DNA of 64,000 bases from Eledone cirrhosa (lineage: Eukaryota), in assembly GCA_964016885.1 (NCBI GenBank), contig OZ024754.1:24614001-24678000 (forward strand), read 5' to 3'. The notes beneath the pieces are model-generated. The model did no database searches. It was not told the origin of the DNA and was given only the letters and a program-made list of their open reading frames with translations. The position numbers and the translations under genes were made by a program. Positions 1 to 15,000 of this stretch are shown in pieces; the first letter of the stretch is position 1, and every line of letters starts with the position of its first letter.

Positions 1-3000
1 AGGCCACAGATCAACAGATAAGACTGCAGATCTACAGAAAAGGCTACAGATCTAAAGATTAGGCAACAGATCTACAGATAAGGCTACAGATCTACAGATA
101 GGGCTGCAGATCTACAGAGATGTCTACAGATAGGGCTACAGATCTAAAGATAGCGCTACAGATCTACAGATAGGGCTACAGATCTACAGACAGGGCTAAA
201 GATCTACAGATAGGGCTACAAACCTACAGGTAGGGCTACGGATCTACAGATAGGTCTCCAGATATACAGATAGTGGTACAGATCTACAGATAGAGCTACA
301 AATCTACAGATAAAGCTACAAATCTACAGATAAGTCTACAAATAGAGCTACAGATCTACAAATAGGTCTACAGATAGGGCTACAGATCTACCAATAAAGT
401 TAAAGATCTACAGATAAGGCTACAGATCTACAGATAAGGCTACAGATCTACAGATAGGGCTCAGATCTACAGATCTAAAGATAAGGCTACAGATCTACAT
501 ATAGGGTTACAGATATACAGACAAGGCTACAGAACCTCAGATAAGGCTACAGATCTACAGATAAAGCTACAGATCTACGGATAGGGCTACAGATCTACAG
601 ATATGGCTACATATCTACAGAAAGGGCTACAGATCTACAGATAAGGCTACAGATCTACACATAAGGCTACAGATCTACAGTTAGGGCTACAGATCTACAG
701 ATAAGGCTACAGATCGACAGATAAAACTACAGGGCTACAGATCTACAGATAGGTCTACATAGCTACAAATCTGCAGATAAGCCTAGAGATCTACAGATAA
801 GGTTACAGATCTACAGATAGGGCTACAGATCTATAGATAAAGCTACAGATGGACAGATAAGGCCACAGATCTACAGATAAGACTGCAGATCTACAGATAA
901 GGCTAAAGATCTACAGATAGGGCTACAGATCTTCAGATAAATCTACAATCCGACGGATAGAGCTACAGATCTACAGATAAAGCTACATATCTCAAGATAA
1001 AGCTACAGTTCTACAGATAAAGCTACAGATCTAAAGATAAAGCTACAGAAATACATATAAAATTACAGATCTACAGATATGGCTACAGTTCTACAGATAT
1101 GTCTACAGATCTACAGACAAGGCTACATATCTACAGATAGCGCTACAGATCTACTGATAGGTCTACAGATAGGGCTACAGATCTACAGATAGCGCTAGAG
1201 ATCTACAGATAGGGCTACAGATCTACAGATAGGGCTGCAGATCTACAGATATGGCTACAGATCTACAGATAGGGCTACAAATCTACAGATATTGCTACAA
1301 ATCTACCGATAAGGCTACAGATCTACAGATAAGGCTACAGATCTACAGATAGGGCTACAGATGTACAGATCTACAGATAAGGCTACAGATCTACATATAG
1401 GGCTACAGAACTACAGACAAGGCTACATATCTACAGATAGGGCTACAGATCTACAGATAGGGCTACAGATCTACAGACAAGGCTATAGATCTACAGATAG
1501 GGCTACAGATCTACAGATACGGCTACAGATCTACAGACAAGGCTATAGATCTACAGATAGGGCTACAGAACTACAGATAAGGCTACAGATCTATAGATAA
1601 GGCTACAGGGCAACAGATATACAGATAAAGCTACATATCTATAGATAGGGTTACAGATCTACAGATAGGGCTACAGATCTACAGACAAGACTATAGATCT
1701 ACATATAAAGCAACAGATCTACATATAAGGCTACAGATCTACAGATAAGGCTACAGATCTACAGTTAGGGCTACAGATATACAGACAGGGCTACAGATCT
1801 ACAGATAGGGCTACAGATCTACAGATAAGGCTACATATCTACAGGTAGGGCTACAAATCTACAGATAAGGCTACAAATCTATAGATAAGGCTACAGATCT
1901 ACAGATAGGGCTACAGATCTACAGATAAGGCCACAGATCAACAGATAAGACTGCAGATCTTGAGAAAAGGCTATAGATCTAAAGATTAGGCAACAGATCT
2001 ACAGATAAGGCTACAAATCTACAGATAGGGCTGCAGATCTACAGAGATGTCTACAGATAGGGCTACAGATCTAAAGATAGCGCTACAGATCTACAGATAG
2101 GGCTACAGATCTACAGACAGGGCTAAAGATCTACAGACAGGGCTACAAAACTACAGGTAGGGCTACGGATCTACAGATAGGTCTCCAGATATACAGATAG
2201 TGGTACAGATCTACAGATAGAGCTACAAATCTACAGATAAAGCTACAAATCTACAGATAAGGCTACAGATCTACAGATAAGGCTACAGATAAGGCTACTG
2301 ATCTACAGATAAGGTTACAGATCTACAGATAGGGCTACAGATAAGGCTACAGATCTACAGATAAGTCTACAAATAGTGCTACAGATCTACAAAAAGGTGT
2401 ACAGATAGGGCTACAGATCTACCGATAAAGTTAAAGATCTACAGATAAGGCTACAGATCTACAGATAAGGCTACAGATCTACAGATAGGGCTCAGATCTA
2501 CAGATCTAAAGATAAGGCTACAGATCTACATATAGGGTTACAGATGTACAGACAAGGCTACAGATCTACAGATAGGGCTACAGATCTACAAATAAGGCTA
2601 CAGAGATACATATAGGGCTACAGATCTACAGACAAGGCTACAGAACCTCAGATAAGGCTACAGATCTACAGATAAAGCTACAGATCTACGGATAGGGCTA
2701 CAGATCTACAGATATGGCTACATATCTACAGAAAGGGCTACAGATCTACAGATAAGGCTACAGATCTACACATAAGGCTACAGATCTACAGATAAAACTA
2801 CAGATCTACAGATAGGGCTACAGATCTACAGATAAGGCTACAGATCTACAGTTAGGGCTACAGATCTACAGATAAGGCTACAGATCGACAGATAAAACTA
2901 CAGGGCTACAGATCTACAGATAGGTCTACATATCTACAAATCTACAGATAAGGCTAGAGATCTACAGATAAGTCTACAGATCTACAGATAGGGCTACAGA

Positions 3001-6000
3001 TCTATAGATAAAGCTACAGATGGACAGATAAGGCCACAGATCTACAGATAAGACTGCAGATCTACAGATAAGGCTACAGATCTACAGATAGGGCTGCAGA
3101 TCTACAGATAAGGCTACAGATCTTCAGATAAAGCTACAAATCGACGGATAGAGCTACAGATCTACAGATAAAGCTACTTATCTCAAGATAAAGCTAGAGT
3201 TCTACAGATAAAGCTACAGATCTAAAGATAAAGCTACAGAAATACATATAAAATTACAGATCTACAGATATGGCTACAGATCTACAGATATGTCTACAGA
3301 TCTACAGACAAGGCTACATATCTACAGATAGCGCTACAGATCTACTGATAGGTCTACAGATAGGGCTACAGATCTACAGATAGGGCTACAGATCTACAGA
3401 TAGGGCTACAGATCTATAGATAAAGCTACAGATGGACAGATAAGGCCACAGATCTACAGATAAGACTGCAGATCTACAGATAAGGCTACAGATCTACAGA
3501 TAGGGCTGCAGATCTACAGATAAGGCTACAGATCTTCAGATAAAGCTACAAATCGACGGATAGAGCTACAGATCTACAGATAAAGCTACTTATCTCAAGA
3601 TAAAGCTACAGTTCTACAGATAAAGCTACAGATCTAAAGATAAAGCTACAGAAATACATATAAAATTACAGATCTACAGATATGGCTACAGATCTACAGA
3701 TATGTCTACAGATCTACAGACAAGGCTACATATCTACAGATAGCGCTACAGATCTACTGATAGGTCTACAGATAGGGCTACAGATCTACAGATAGGGCTA
3801 CAGATCTACAGATAGGGCTACAGATCTATAGATAAAGCTACAGATGGACAGATAAGGCCACAGATCTACAGATAAGACTGCAGATCTACAGATAAGGCTA
3901 CAGATCTACAGATAGGGCTGCAGATCTACAGATAAGGCTACAGATCTTCAGATAAAGCTACAAATCGACGGATAGAGCTACAGATCTACAGATAAAGCTA
4001 CTTATCTCAAGATAAAGCTACAGTTCTACAGATAAAGCTACAGATCTAAAGATAAAGCTACAGAAATACATATAAAATTACAGATCTACAGATATGGCTA
4101 CAGATCTACAGATATGTCTACAGATCTACAGACAAGGCTACATATCTACAGATAGCGCTACAGATCTACTGATAGGTCTACAGATAGGGCTACAGATCTA
4201 CAGATAGGGCTACAGATCTACAGATAGGGCTACAGATCTACAGATAGGGCTACAGATCTACAGATAGCGCTACAGATATACAGATAGGGCTACAGATCTA
4301 CAGATAGGGCTACAAATCTACAGATATGGCTACAAATCTACCGATAAGGCTACAGATCTACAGATAAGGCTACATATCTACAGATAGGGCTACAGATGTA
4401 CAGATCTACAGATAAGGCTACAGATCTACATATAGGGCAACAGATCTACAGACGAAGGCTACATATCTACAGATAGGGCTACAGATCTACAGATAGGGCT
4501 ACAGATCTACAGACAAGGCTATAGATCTACAGATAGGGCTACAGAACTACAGATAAGGCTACAGATCTACAGATAGGGCTACAGATCTACAGATAGGGCT
4601 ACAGATCTACAGATAGGGCTACAGATCTACAGATAGGGCTACAGATCTACAGATCTACAGATAAGGCTACAGATCTACATATAGGGCTACAGATCTACAG
4701 ACAAGGCTACATACCTACAGATAGGGCTACAGATCTACAGATAGGGCTACAGATCTACAGACAAGGCTATAGATCTACAGATAGGGCTACAGAACTACAG
4801 ATAAGGCTACAGATCTATAGATAAGGCTAAAGGGCTACAGATATACAGATAAGGCTACATATCTATAGATAGTGCTACAGATCTACCGATAAAGTTAAAG
4901 ATCTACAGATAAGGCTACAGATCTACAGATAAGGCTACAGATCTACAGGTAGGGCTACAAATCTACAGATAAGGCTACAAATATATAGATAAGGCTACAG
5001 ATCTACAGATAGGGCTACAGATCTACAGATAAGGCCACAGATCAACAGATAAGACTGCAGATCTACAGAAAAGGCTACAGATCTAAAGATAAGGCAACAG
5101 ATCTACAGATAAAGCTACAGATCTACAGATAGGGCTGCAGATCTACAGAGATGTCTACAGATAGGGTTACAGATCTAAAGATAGCGCAACAGATGTACAG
5201 ATAGGGCTACAGATCTACAGACAGGGCTAAAGATCTACAGATAGGGCTACAAACCTACAGGTAGGGCTACGGATCTACAGATAGCTCTCCAGATATACAG
5301 ATAGTAGTACAGATCTACAGATAGGGCTACAAATCTACAGATAAAGCTACAAATCTACAAATAAGGCTACAAATCTACAGATAAGGCTACAGATAAGGCT
5401 ACTGACCTACAGATAAGGCTACAGATCTACAGATAGGGCTACAGATAAGGCTACAGATCTACAGATAAGGCTACAAATAGGGCTACAGATCTACAAATAG
5501 GTCTACAGATAGGGCTACAGATCTACCGATAAAGTTAAAGATCTACAGATAAGGCTACAGATCTACAGATAAGGCTACAGATCTACAGATAGGGCTCAGA
5601 TCTACAGATCTAAAGATAAGGCTACAGATCTACATATAGTGCTACAGATATACAGACAAGGCTACAGATCTACAGATAGGGCTACAGATCTACAAATAAG
5701 TCTACAGATATACATATAGGGCTACAGATCTACAGACAAGGCTACAGAACCTCAGATAAGGCTACAGATCTACAGATAAAGCTACAGATCTACGGATAGG
5801 GCTACAGATCTACAGATATGGCTATATATCTACAGAAAGGGCTACAGATCTACAGATAAGGCTACAGATCTACATATAAGGCTACAGATCTACAGATAAA
5901 ACTACAGATCTACAGATAGGGCTACAGATCTACAGATAAGGCTACAGATCGACATATAAAACTACAGGGCTACAGATCTACAGATAGTTCTACATATCTA

Positions 6001-9000
6001 CAATTCTACAGATATGGCTAGAGATCTACAGATAAGGCTACAGATCTACAGATAGGGCTGCCGATCTACAGATAAGGCTACAGATCTATAGATAAAGCTA
6101 CAGATGGACAGATAAGGCCACAGATCTACAGATAAGACTGCAGATCTACAGATAAGGCTACAGATCTACAGATAGGGCTGCAGATCTACAGATAAGGCTA
6201 CATATCTAAAGATAAAGCTACAGTTCTACAGATAAAGCTACAGATCTAAAGATAAAGCTACAGAAATACAGATAAAATTACAGATCTACAGATATAGCTA
6301 CAGATCTACAGATATGTCTACAGATAGTGCTACATATCTAAAGATAGCGCTACAGATCTACCGATATGTCTACAGATAGGGCTACAGATCTACAGATAGG
6401 GCTACAGATCTACAGATAGGGCTACAGATCTACAGATAGGGCTACAGATCTACAGATACGGCTACAGATCTACAGATAGGGCTACCGATCTACAGATAGC
6501 GCTACAGATATACAGATAGGGCTACAGATCTACAGATAGGGCTACAAATCTACCGATAAGGCTACAGATCTACAGATAAGGCTACAGATCTACAGATAGG
6601 GCTACAGATCTACAGACAAGGCTACATATCTACAGATAGGGCTACAGATCTACAGATAGGGCTACAGATCTACAGACAAGGCTATAGATCTACAGATAGG
6701 GCTACAGAACTACAGATAAGGCTAAAGATCTACAGATTAGGCTACAGGGCTACAGATATACAGATAAAGCTACATATCAATAGATAGGCATACAGATCTA
6801 CAGATAGGGATACAGATCTACAGATATGTCTACAGATAGGGCTACAGATCCAAAGAGAGCGCTACAGATCTACAGATAGGTCTACAGATAGGGCTACAAA
6901 TCTACAGATAGGGCTACAGATATACAGATAGGGGTACCGATCTACAGATAAGGCTACAATTTACAGATAAGTCTACAAATCTAAAGATGAGGCTACAAAT
7001 CTACAGATAAGGCTACAGATAAGGCTACAGATCTAAAGATATGGCTACAGTTCTACAGATAAGGCTACAGATAAGGCTACAGATCTACAGATAAGGCTAC
7101 AGATCTACAGCTAAGGCTACAGATCTACAAATAAGGCTATAGTTCTACAGATAGGGCTACAGATCTACAAATAGGTCTACAGATCGAGGCTACAGATCTA
7201 CAGATAAAGCTACAGATCTACAGATAAGGCTACAGATCTACAGATAAAGCTACAGATCTACAAATAGGGCTACAGATCTATAGATCTACAGATCTATAGA
7301 TCTACAGATAAGGCTACAGATTTACATATAGTGCTTCAGATCCACAGTGAAGGCTACAGATCTACAGGTAGGGCTACAGATCTACAGATAGGGCTACATA
7401 TCTACAGATAGTGCTACAGATCTACAGATAAGGCTACCGATCTACAGATAAGGCTACAGACCTACAGATAAAGCTACAGATCTACAGTTACGGCTACAGA
7501 TCTACATTTAGGGCAACAGATCTATAGATAAGGCTAGAGACCTATAGATAAGGCTACAGGGCTACATATATACAGATAAAGCTACAGATCTACAGATAGG
7601 GCTACATATCTACAAATCTACAGATAAAGCTACAGATCTAAAGATAAGGCTACAGATATACAGATAGAGCTGCCGATCTACAGATAAGGCTACAGATCTA
7701 CAGATAAAGCTACAGATGGACAGATAAAGCTACAGATCTACAGATAATGCTACAGATCTAAAGATAAAGCTAGAGATCTACAGATAAAGCTACAGATATA
7801 AAGATAAAGCGACAGATCTACAGATAAAGCTACACATATACAGATAAGGCCACAGATCTACAGATAAGTCTGCAGCTCTAGAGATAAGGCTACAGATCTA
7901 CAGTTAGGGCTACAGATATACAGATCTACAGATAAGGCTACAGATCTACAGATAATGCAACAGATCTACAGATAAGGTAACAGATCTAAAGATAGGGCTG
8001 CAGATCTAGAGGTAAGTCTACAGATCTACAGATAAAGCTACAGATCTAAAGATAAAGCTACAGATCTAAAGATAAAGCTACAGATCTACAGATAAAGCTA
8101 CAGATCTAAAGATAAAGCTACAGATCTACAGATAAAGCTACAGATCTACATATAGGGCTACAGATCTACAGATATGTCTACAGATAAGACTACATATCTA
8201 AAGATAGTGCTACAGATCACCATATAGGTCTATAGATAGGGCTACAGATCTACAGATAGGGCAACAGATCTACAGATAGGGCTACAGATCTACAGATAGG
8301 GCTACAGATCTACAGATAGGGCTACAGATATACAGATCTACAGATAAGGCTACAGATCTACAAATAGGGCTACAGATCTATAGACAAGGCTACAGATCTA
8401 CAGATAAGGCTACAGATCTACATATAAGGCTACAGATCTACAGGTAAGGCTACAGATCTACAGGTAAGACGACAGATCTACAGATAGTGCTACAGATCTA
8501 CAGATAGTGCTACAGATCTACAGATAGGGCTACAGATCTACAGGTAGGGCTACAAATCTACAGATAAGTCTACAAATCTACAGATAAGGCTACAGATCTA
8601 CAGATAAGACTACAGATAAGGTTACAGATCTACAGATAAGTCTACATATCTACAGATAGGTCTACAGATAGGGCTACAGATTTACAAATAGGTCTACTGA
8701 TAGGGCTACAGATAGGACTACAGATCTACAGATAAAACTACAGATCTACAGATAAGGCTACAGATCTACAGATAAGGCTACAGATCTACAGATAGGGCTA
8801 CAGATCTACAGATAGGGCTACAGATATACAGATAAGGCTACAGATCTACAGATAGGGCTACAGATCTACAGATCTACAGATAAGGCTACAGTTCTACATA
8901 TAGGGCTACAGATCTACAGACAAGGCTACAGATCTACAGATAGGACTACAGATCTACAGATAAGGCTACAGATCTACAGATAAGACTACAGATAAGGCTA

Positions 9001-12000
9001 CAGATCTACAGATAAGGCTAGAGTTCTACAGATAGGGCTACAGATAAGGCTACAGATCTACAAATAAGGCTACAGATCTACAGATAGGTCTACAGATAGG
9101 GCTACAGGTCTACAAATAGGTCTACAGATATGGGTACAGATAGAGCTACAGATCTACAGATAGAGCTCCAGATCTACAGATAAGGCTACAGACCTACACA
9201 TAAGGCTACAGATCTATAGATAAGGCTACAGATCTAGAGATAGGACTACAGATCAAGAGATAGGGCTACAGATCTACAGATAAGGGTATAGATCTACAGA
9301 TAGGGCTACAGATCTATAGACAAGGCTACAGAACCACAGATAAGGCTACAGATCTTCAGATAAGGCGACATATCTACACATAGGGCTATAGATCTACAGA
9401 TAGGGCTACATATCTACAGATAGGGCTACAGATCCACAGATAAGGCTACAGATCTACAGATAAGGTTACAGATCTACAGATAAGGCTACAGACCTACAGT
9501 TAGGGCTACAGATCTACAGTTAGGGCTACAGATCTACAGATAAGGCTACAGATCTACAGATAATGCAACAGATCTACAGATAAGGCTACAAATCTACAGA
9601 TAAAGCTACAGATCTAAAGATAAAGTTACAGATCTACAAATAAAGCTTCAGATCTAAGGATAAAGCTACAGATCTACAGATAAAGCTACAGATCTACAGA
9701 TAAGGCTACAGATCTACAGATAAGGCTACAGATCTACAGATAGGGCTACAGATCTACAGATAGGGCTACAGATATACAGATAAGGCTACAGATCTACAGA
9801 TAGGGCTACAGATCTACAGATCTACAGATAAGGCTACAGTTCTACATATAGGGCTACAGATCTACAGACAAGGCTACAGATCTACAGATAGGACTACAGA
9901 TCTACAGACAAGGCTACAGATCTACAGATAAGACTACAGATAAGGCTACAGATCTACAGATAAGGCTAGAGATCTACAGATAGGGCTACAGATAAGGCTA
10001 CAGATCTACAAATAAGGCTACAGATCTACAGATAGGTCTACAGATAGGGCTACAGATCTACAAATAGGTCTACAGATAGGGGTACAGATAGAGCTACAGA
10101 TCTACAGAGAAGGCTACAGATCTACACATAAGGCTACAGATCTATAGATAAGGCTACAGATCTAGAGATCGGACTACAGATCTACAGATAGGGCTACAGA
10201 TATACAGGTAAGACTACTGATCTACAGATAGGGCTACAGATCTACAGATCTACAGATAAGGCTACAGATCTACATATAGGGCTACAGATCTACAGACAAG
10301 GCTACAGATCTACAGATAGGGCTACAGATCTACAGATAAGGCGACATATCTACACATAGGGCTATAGATCTACAGGTAGGGCTACATATCTACAGATAGG
10401 GCTACAGATCCACAGATAAGGCTACAGATCTACAGATAAGACTACAGATCTACAGATAAGGCTACAGACCTACAGTTAGGGCTACAGATCTACAGTTAGG
10501 GTTACAGATCTACAGATAAGGCTACAGATCTACAGATAATGCTACAGATCTACAGATAGGGCTACAGATAAAGCTACAGATCTACAGATAAATCACAGAT
10601 CTACAGATAGTTCTACAGATAGGGCTACAGATCTACAAATAGGTCTACAGATAGGGCTACAGATATACAGATAAAGCTACAGATCTACAGATAGGGCTAC
10701 ATATCTACAAATCTACACATAAGGCTACAGATCTACAGATAGGGCTACAGATCTACAGGTAGGGCTACAAATCTACAGATAAGTCTACAAATCTACAGAT
10801 AAGGCTACAGATCTACAGATAAGACTACAGATAAGGTTACAGATCTACAGATAAGTCTACATATCTACAGATAGGTCTACAGATAGGGCTACAGATTTAC
10901 AAATAGGTCTACTGATAGGGCTACAGATAGGACTACAGATCTACAGATAAAACTACAGATCTACAGATAAGGCTACAGATCTACAGATAAGGCTACAGAT
11001 CTACAGATAGGGCTACAGATCTACAGATAGGGCTACAGATATACAGATAAGGCTACAGATCTACAGATAGGGCTACAGATCTACAGATCTACAGATAAGG
11101 CTACAGTTCTACATATAGGGCTACAGATCTACAGACAAGGCTACAGATCTACAGATAGGACTACAGATCTACAGATAAGGCTACAGATCTACAGATAAGA
11201 CTACAGATAAGGCTACAGATCTACAGATAAGGCTAGAGTTCTACAGATAGGGCTACAGATAAGGCTACAGATCTACAAATAAGGCTACAGATCTACAGAT
11301 AGGTCTACAGATAGGGCTACAGGTCTACAAATAGGTCTACAGATATGGGTACAGATAGAGCTACAGATCTACAGATAGAGCTCCAGATCTACAGATAAGG
11401 CTACAGACCTACACATAAGGCTACAGATCTATAGATAAGGCTACAGATCTAGAGATAGGACTACAGATCAAGAGATAGGGCTACAGATCTACAGATAAGG
11501 GTATAGATCTACAGATAGGGCTACAGATCTATAGACAAGGCTACAGAACCACAGATAAGGCTACAGATCTACAGATAAGGCGACATATCTACACATAGGG
11601 CTATAGATCTACAGATAGGGCTACATATCTACAGATAGGGCTACAGATCCACAGATAAGGCTACAGATCTACAGATAAGGTTACAGATCTACAGATAAGG
11701 CTACAGACCTACAGTTAGGGCTACAGATCTACAGTTAGGGCTACAGATCTACAGATAAGGCTACAGATCTACAGATAATGCAACAGATCTACAGATAAGG
11801 CTACAAATCTACAGATAAAGCTACAGATCTAAAGATAAAGTTACAGATCTACAAATAAAGCTTCAGATCTAAAGATAAAGCTACAGATCTACAGATAAAG
11901 CTACAGATCTACAGATAAGGCTACAGATCTACAGATAAGGCTACAGATCTACAGATAGGGCTACAGATCTACAGATAGGGCTACAGATATACAGATAAGG

Positions 12001-15000
12001 CTACAGATCTACAGATAGGGCTACAGATCTACAGATCTACAGATAAGGCTACAGTTCTACATATAGGGCTACAGATCTACAGACAAGGCTACAGATCTAC
12101 AGATAGGACTACAGATCTACAGACAAGGCTACAGATCTACAGATAAGACTACAGATAAGGCTACAGATCTACAGATAAGGCTAGAGATCTACAGATAGGG
12201 CTACAGATAAGGCTACAGATCTACAAATAAGGCTACAGATCTACAGATAGGTCTACAGATAGGGCTACAGATCTACAAATAGGTCTACAGATAGGGGTAC
12301 AGATAGAGCTACAGATCTACAGAGAAGGCTACAGATCTACACATAAGGCTACAGATCTATAGATAAGGCTACAGATCTAGAGATCGGACTACAGATCTAC
12401 AGATAGGGCTACAGATATACAGGTAAGACTACTGATCTACAGATAGGGCTACAGATCTACAGATCTACAGATAAGGCTACAGATCTACATATAGGGCTAC
12501 AGATCTACAGACAAGGCTACAGATCTACAGATAGGGCTACAGATCTACAGATAAGGCGACATATCTACACATAGGGCTATAGATCTACAGGTAGGGCTAC
12601 ATATCTACAGATAGGGCTACAGATCCACAGATAAGGCTACAGATCTACAGATAAGACTACAGATCTACAGATAAGGCTACAGACCTACAGTTAGGGCTAC
12701 AGATCTACAGTTAGGGTTACAGATCTACAGATAAGGCTACAGATCTACAGATAATGCTACAGATCTACAGATAGGGCTACAGATAAAGCTACAGATCTAC
12801 AGATAAATCCCAGATCTACAGATAGTTCTACAGATAGGGCTACAGATCTACAAATAGGTCTACAGATAGGGCTACAGATATACAGATAAAGCTACAGATC
12901 TACAGATAGGGCTACATATCTACAAATCTACACATAAGGCTACAGATCTACAGATAGGGCTGCCTATCTACAGATAAGGCATCAGATATACAGATAAAGC
13001 TACAGATGGACAGATAAAGCTATAGATCTACAGATAAGGCATCAGATATACAGATAAAGCTACAGATGGACAGATAAAGCTACAGATCTAAAGATAAAGC
13101 TACAGATCTAAAGACATAGCTACAGATCTACATATAAAGCTACAGATCTACAGATAAAGCTACAGATCTAAAGATAAAGCTACAGATCTACAAATAAAGC
13201 TACAGTTCTACAGATCTACAGATCTACAGATAAGGCTACAGATCTACAGATAATGCAACAGATCTACAGATAAGCCTACAAATCTACAGATAAAGCAACA
13301 GATCTAAAGATAAAGTTACAGATCTACAAATAAAGCTACAGATCTAAAGTTAAAGCTACAGATCTACAAATAAAGCTACAGATCTACAGATAGGGCGACA
13401 CTTCTACAGATATTTCTACAGATAGGACTACATATCTAAAGATAGCACTGCAGCTCTACAGTTAGGTCTACAGATAGGGCTACAGATCTACAGATAGGGC
13501 TACAGATCTACAGATAGGGCTACAGATCTACAGATAGGGCTACAGATCTACAGATACGTCTACAGATATACAGATAGGGCTTCATATCTTCAGATAGGGC
13601 TACAAATCTACAGATAAAGCTACAAATCTACTGACAAGGCAACAGATCTACAGATAAGGCTACAGATCTACAGATAAGGCTACAGATCTACAGATAGTGT
13701 TACAGATAAGGCTACAGATCTACAGATAAGGCCACAGGTCTACAGATAGTTCTACAGATAGGGCTACAGATCTACAAATAGGTCTACAGATAGCGCTACA
13801 GATAGGGCTACAGATCTTCAGATAAAGCTACAGATGTACATATAAGGCTACAGATCTACAGATAAGGCTACAGACCTACAGATAGGGCTACATATCTACA
13901 GATATGGCTACAGATATACAGATAAGGCTACAGATCTACAGATAGGGCTATAGTTCTACAGATCTACAGATAAGGCTATAGATCTACATATAGGGCTACA
14001 GATCTACAGACTAGGCTACATATCTACAGATAGGGCGACAGATCTACAGATAAGGCTACAGATCTACAGATATGTCTACAGATCTACAGACAAGGCTACA
14101 GAATATCAGATAAGGCTACAGATCTACAGATAAGGCTACAGATCTACAGATAGGGCTACAGATCTACAGATAGGGCTACATATCTACCGATAGGGCTACA
14201 GATTTACAGATAGGGCTACAGGTTTACAGATATACAGATAAAGCTACAGAGGTACAGATAGGGCTACAGATCTAAAAATCTACAGATAAGGCTACAGATC
14301 TAAAGATAAGGATCAGATCTACAGATAAGGCTGCCGATCTACATATAGGGCTACAGATCTACAGATAAAGCTACAGATGGACAGATAACGATACAGATCT
14401 AAAGATAAAGTTACAGATCTACAGATAAAGCTACAGAACTACAGATAGGGCTACACATCTACAGATAAGGCCACAGATCTAGAGATAAGACTGCAGATCT
14501 ACAGATAAGGCTACAGATCTACAGTTAGGGCTAAAGATATACAGATAAGGCTACAGATCTACAGCTAGGGCTACAGATCTACAGATAGGGCTGCAGATCT
14601 ACAGATAAGGCTACAGATCTTCAGATAAAGCTACAAATCGACAGATAAAGCTACAGATCTAAAGATAAAGCTACAGATCTACAGATAAAGCTACAGATCT
14701 ACAGATAAAGCTACAGACCTAAAGATAAAGCTACAGATCTACAGATAGGGCTACAGATCTACAGATATGTCTACTGATAGGGCTACATATCTAAAGATAG
14801 CGCTACAGATCTACAGATAGGTCTACAGATATGGATACAGATAGGGCTACAGATCCACAGATAGGGCTACAGATCTAGAGATAGGGCTACAGATAGAGCT
14901 ACAGATCTACAGATAAGGCTACAGATCTACAGATAGGGATACAGATCTACAGATAAGGCTACAGAACCTCAGATAAGGCTACAGATCTAAAGATAAGACT

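Noticed and set aside
1361-1600. 79-aa ORF in the satellite
   Set aside because: Chance stop-free run in a tandem repeat
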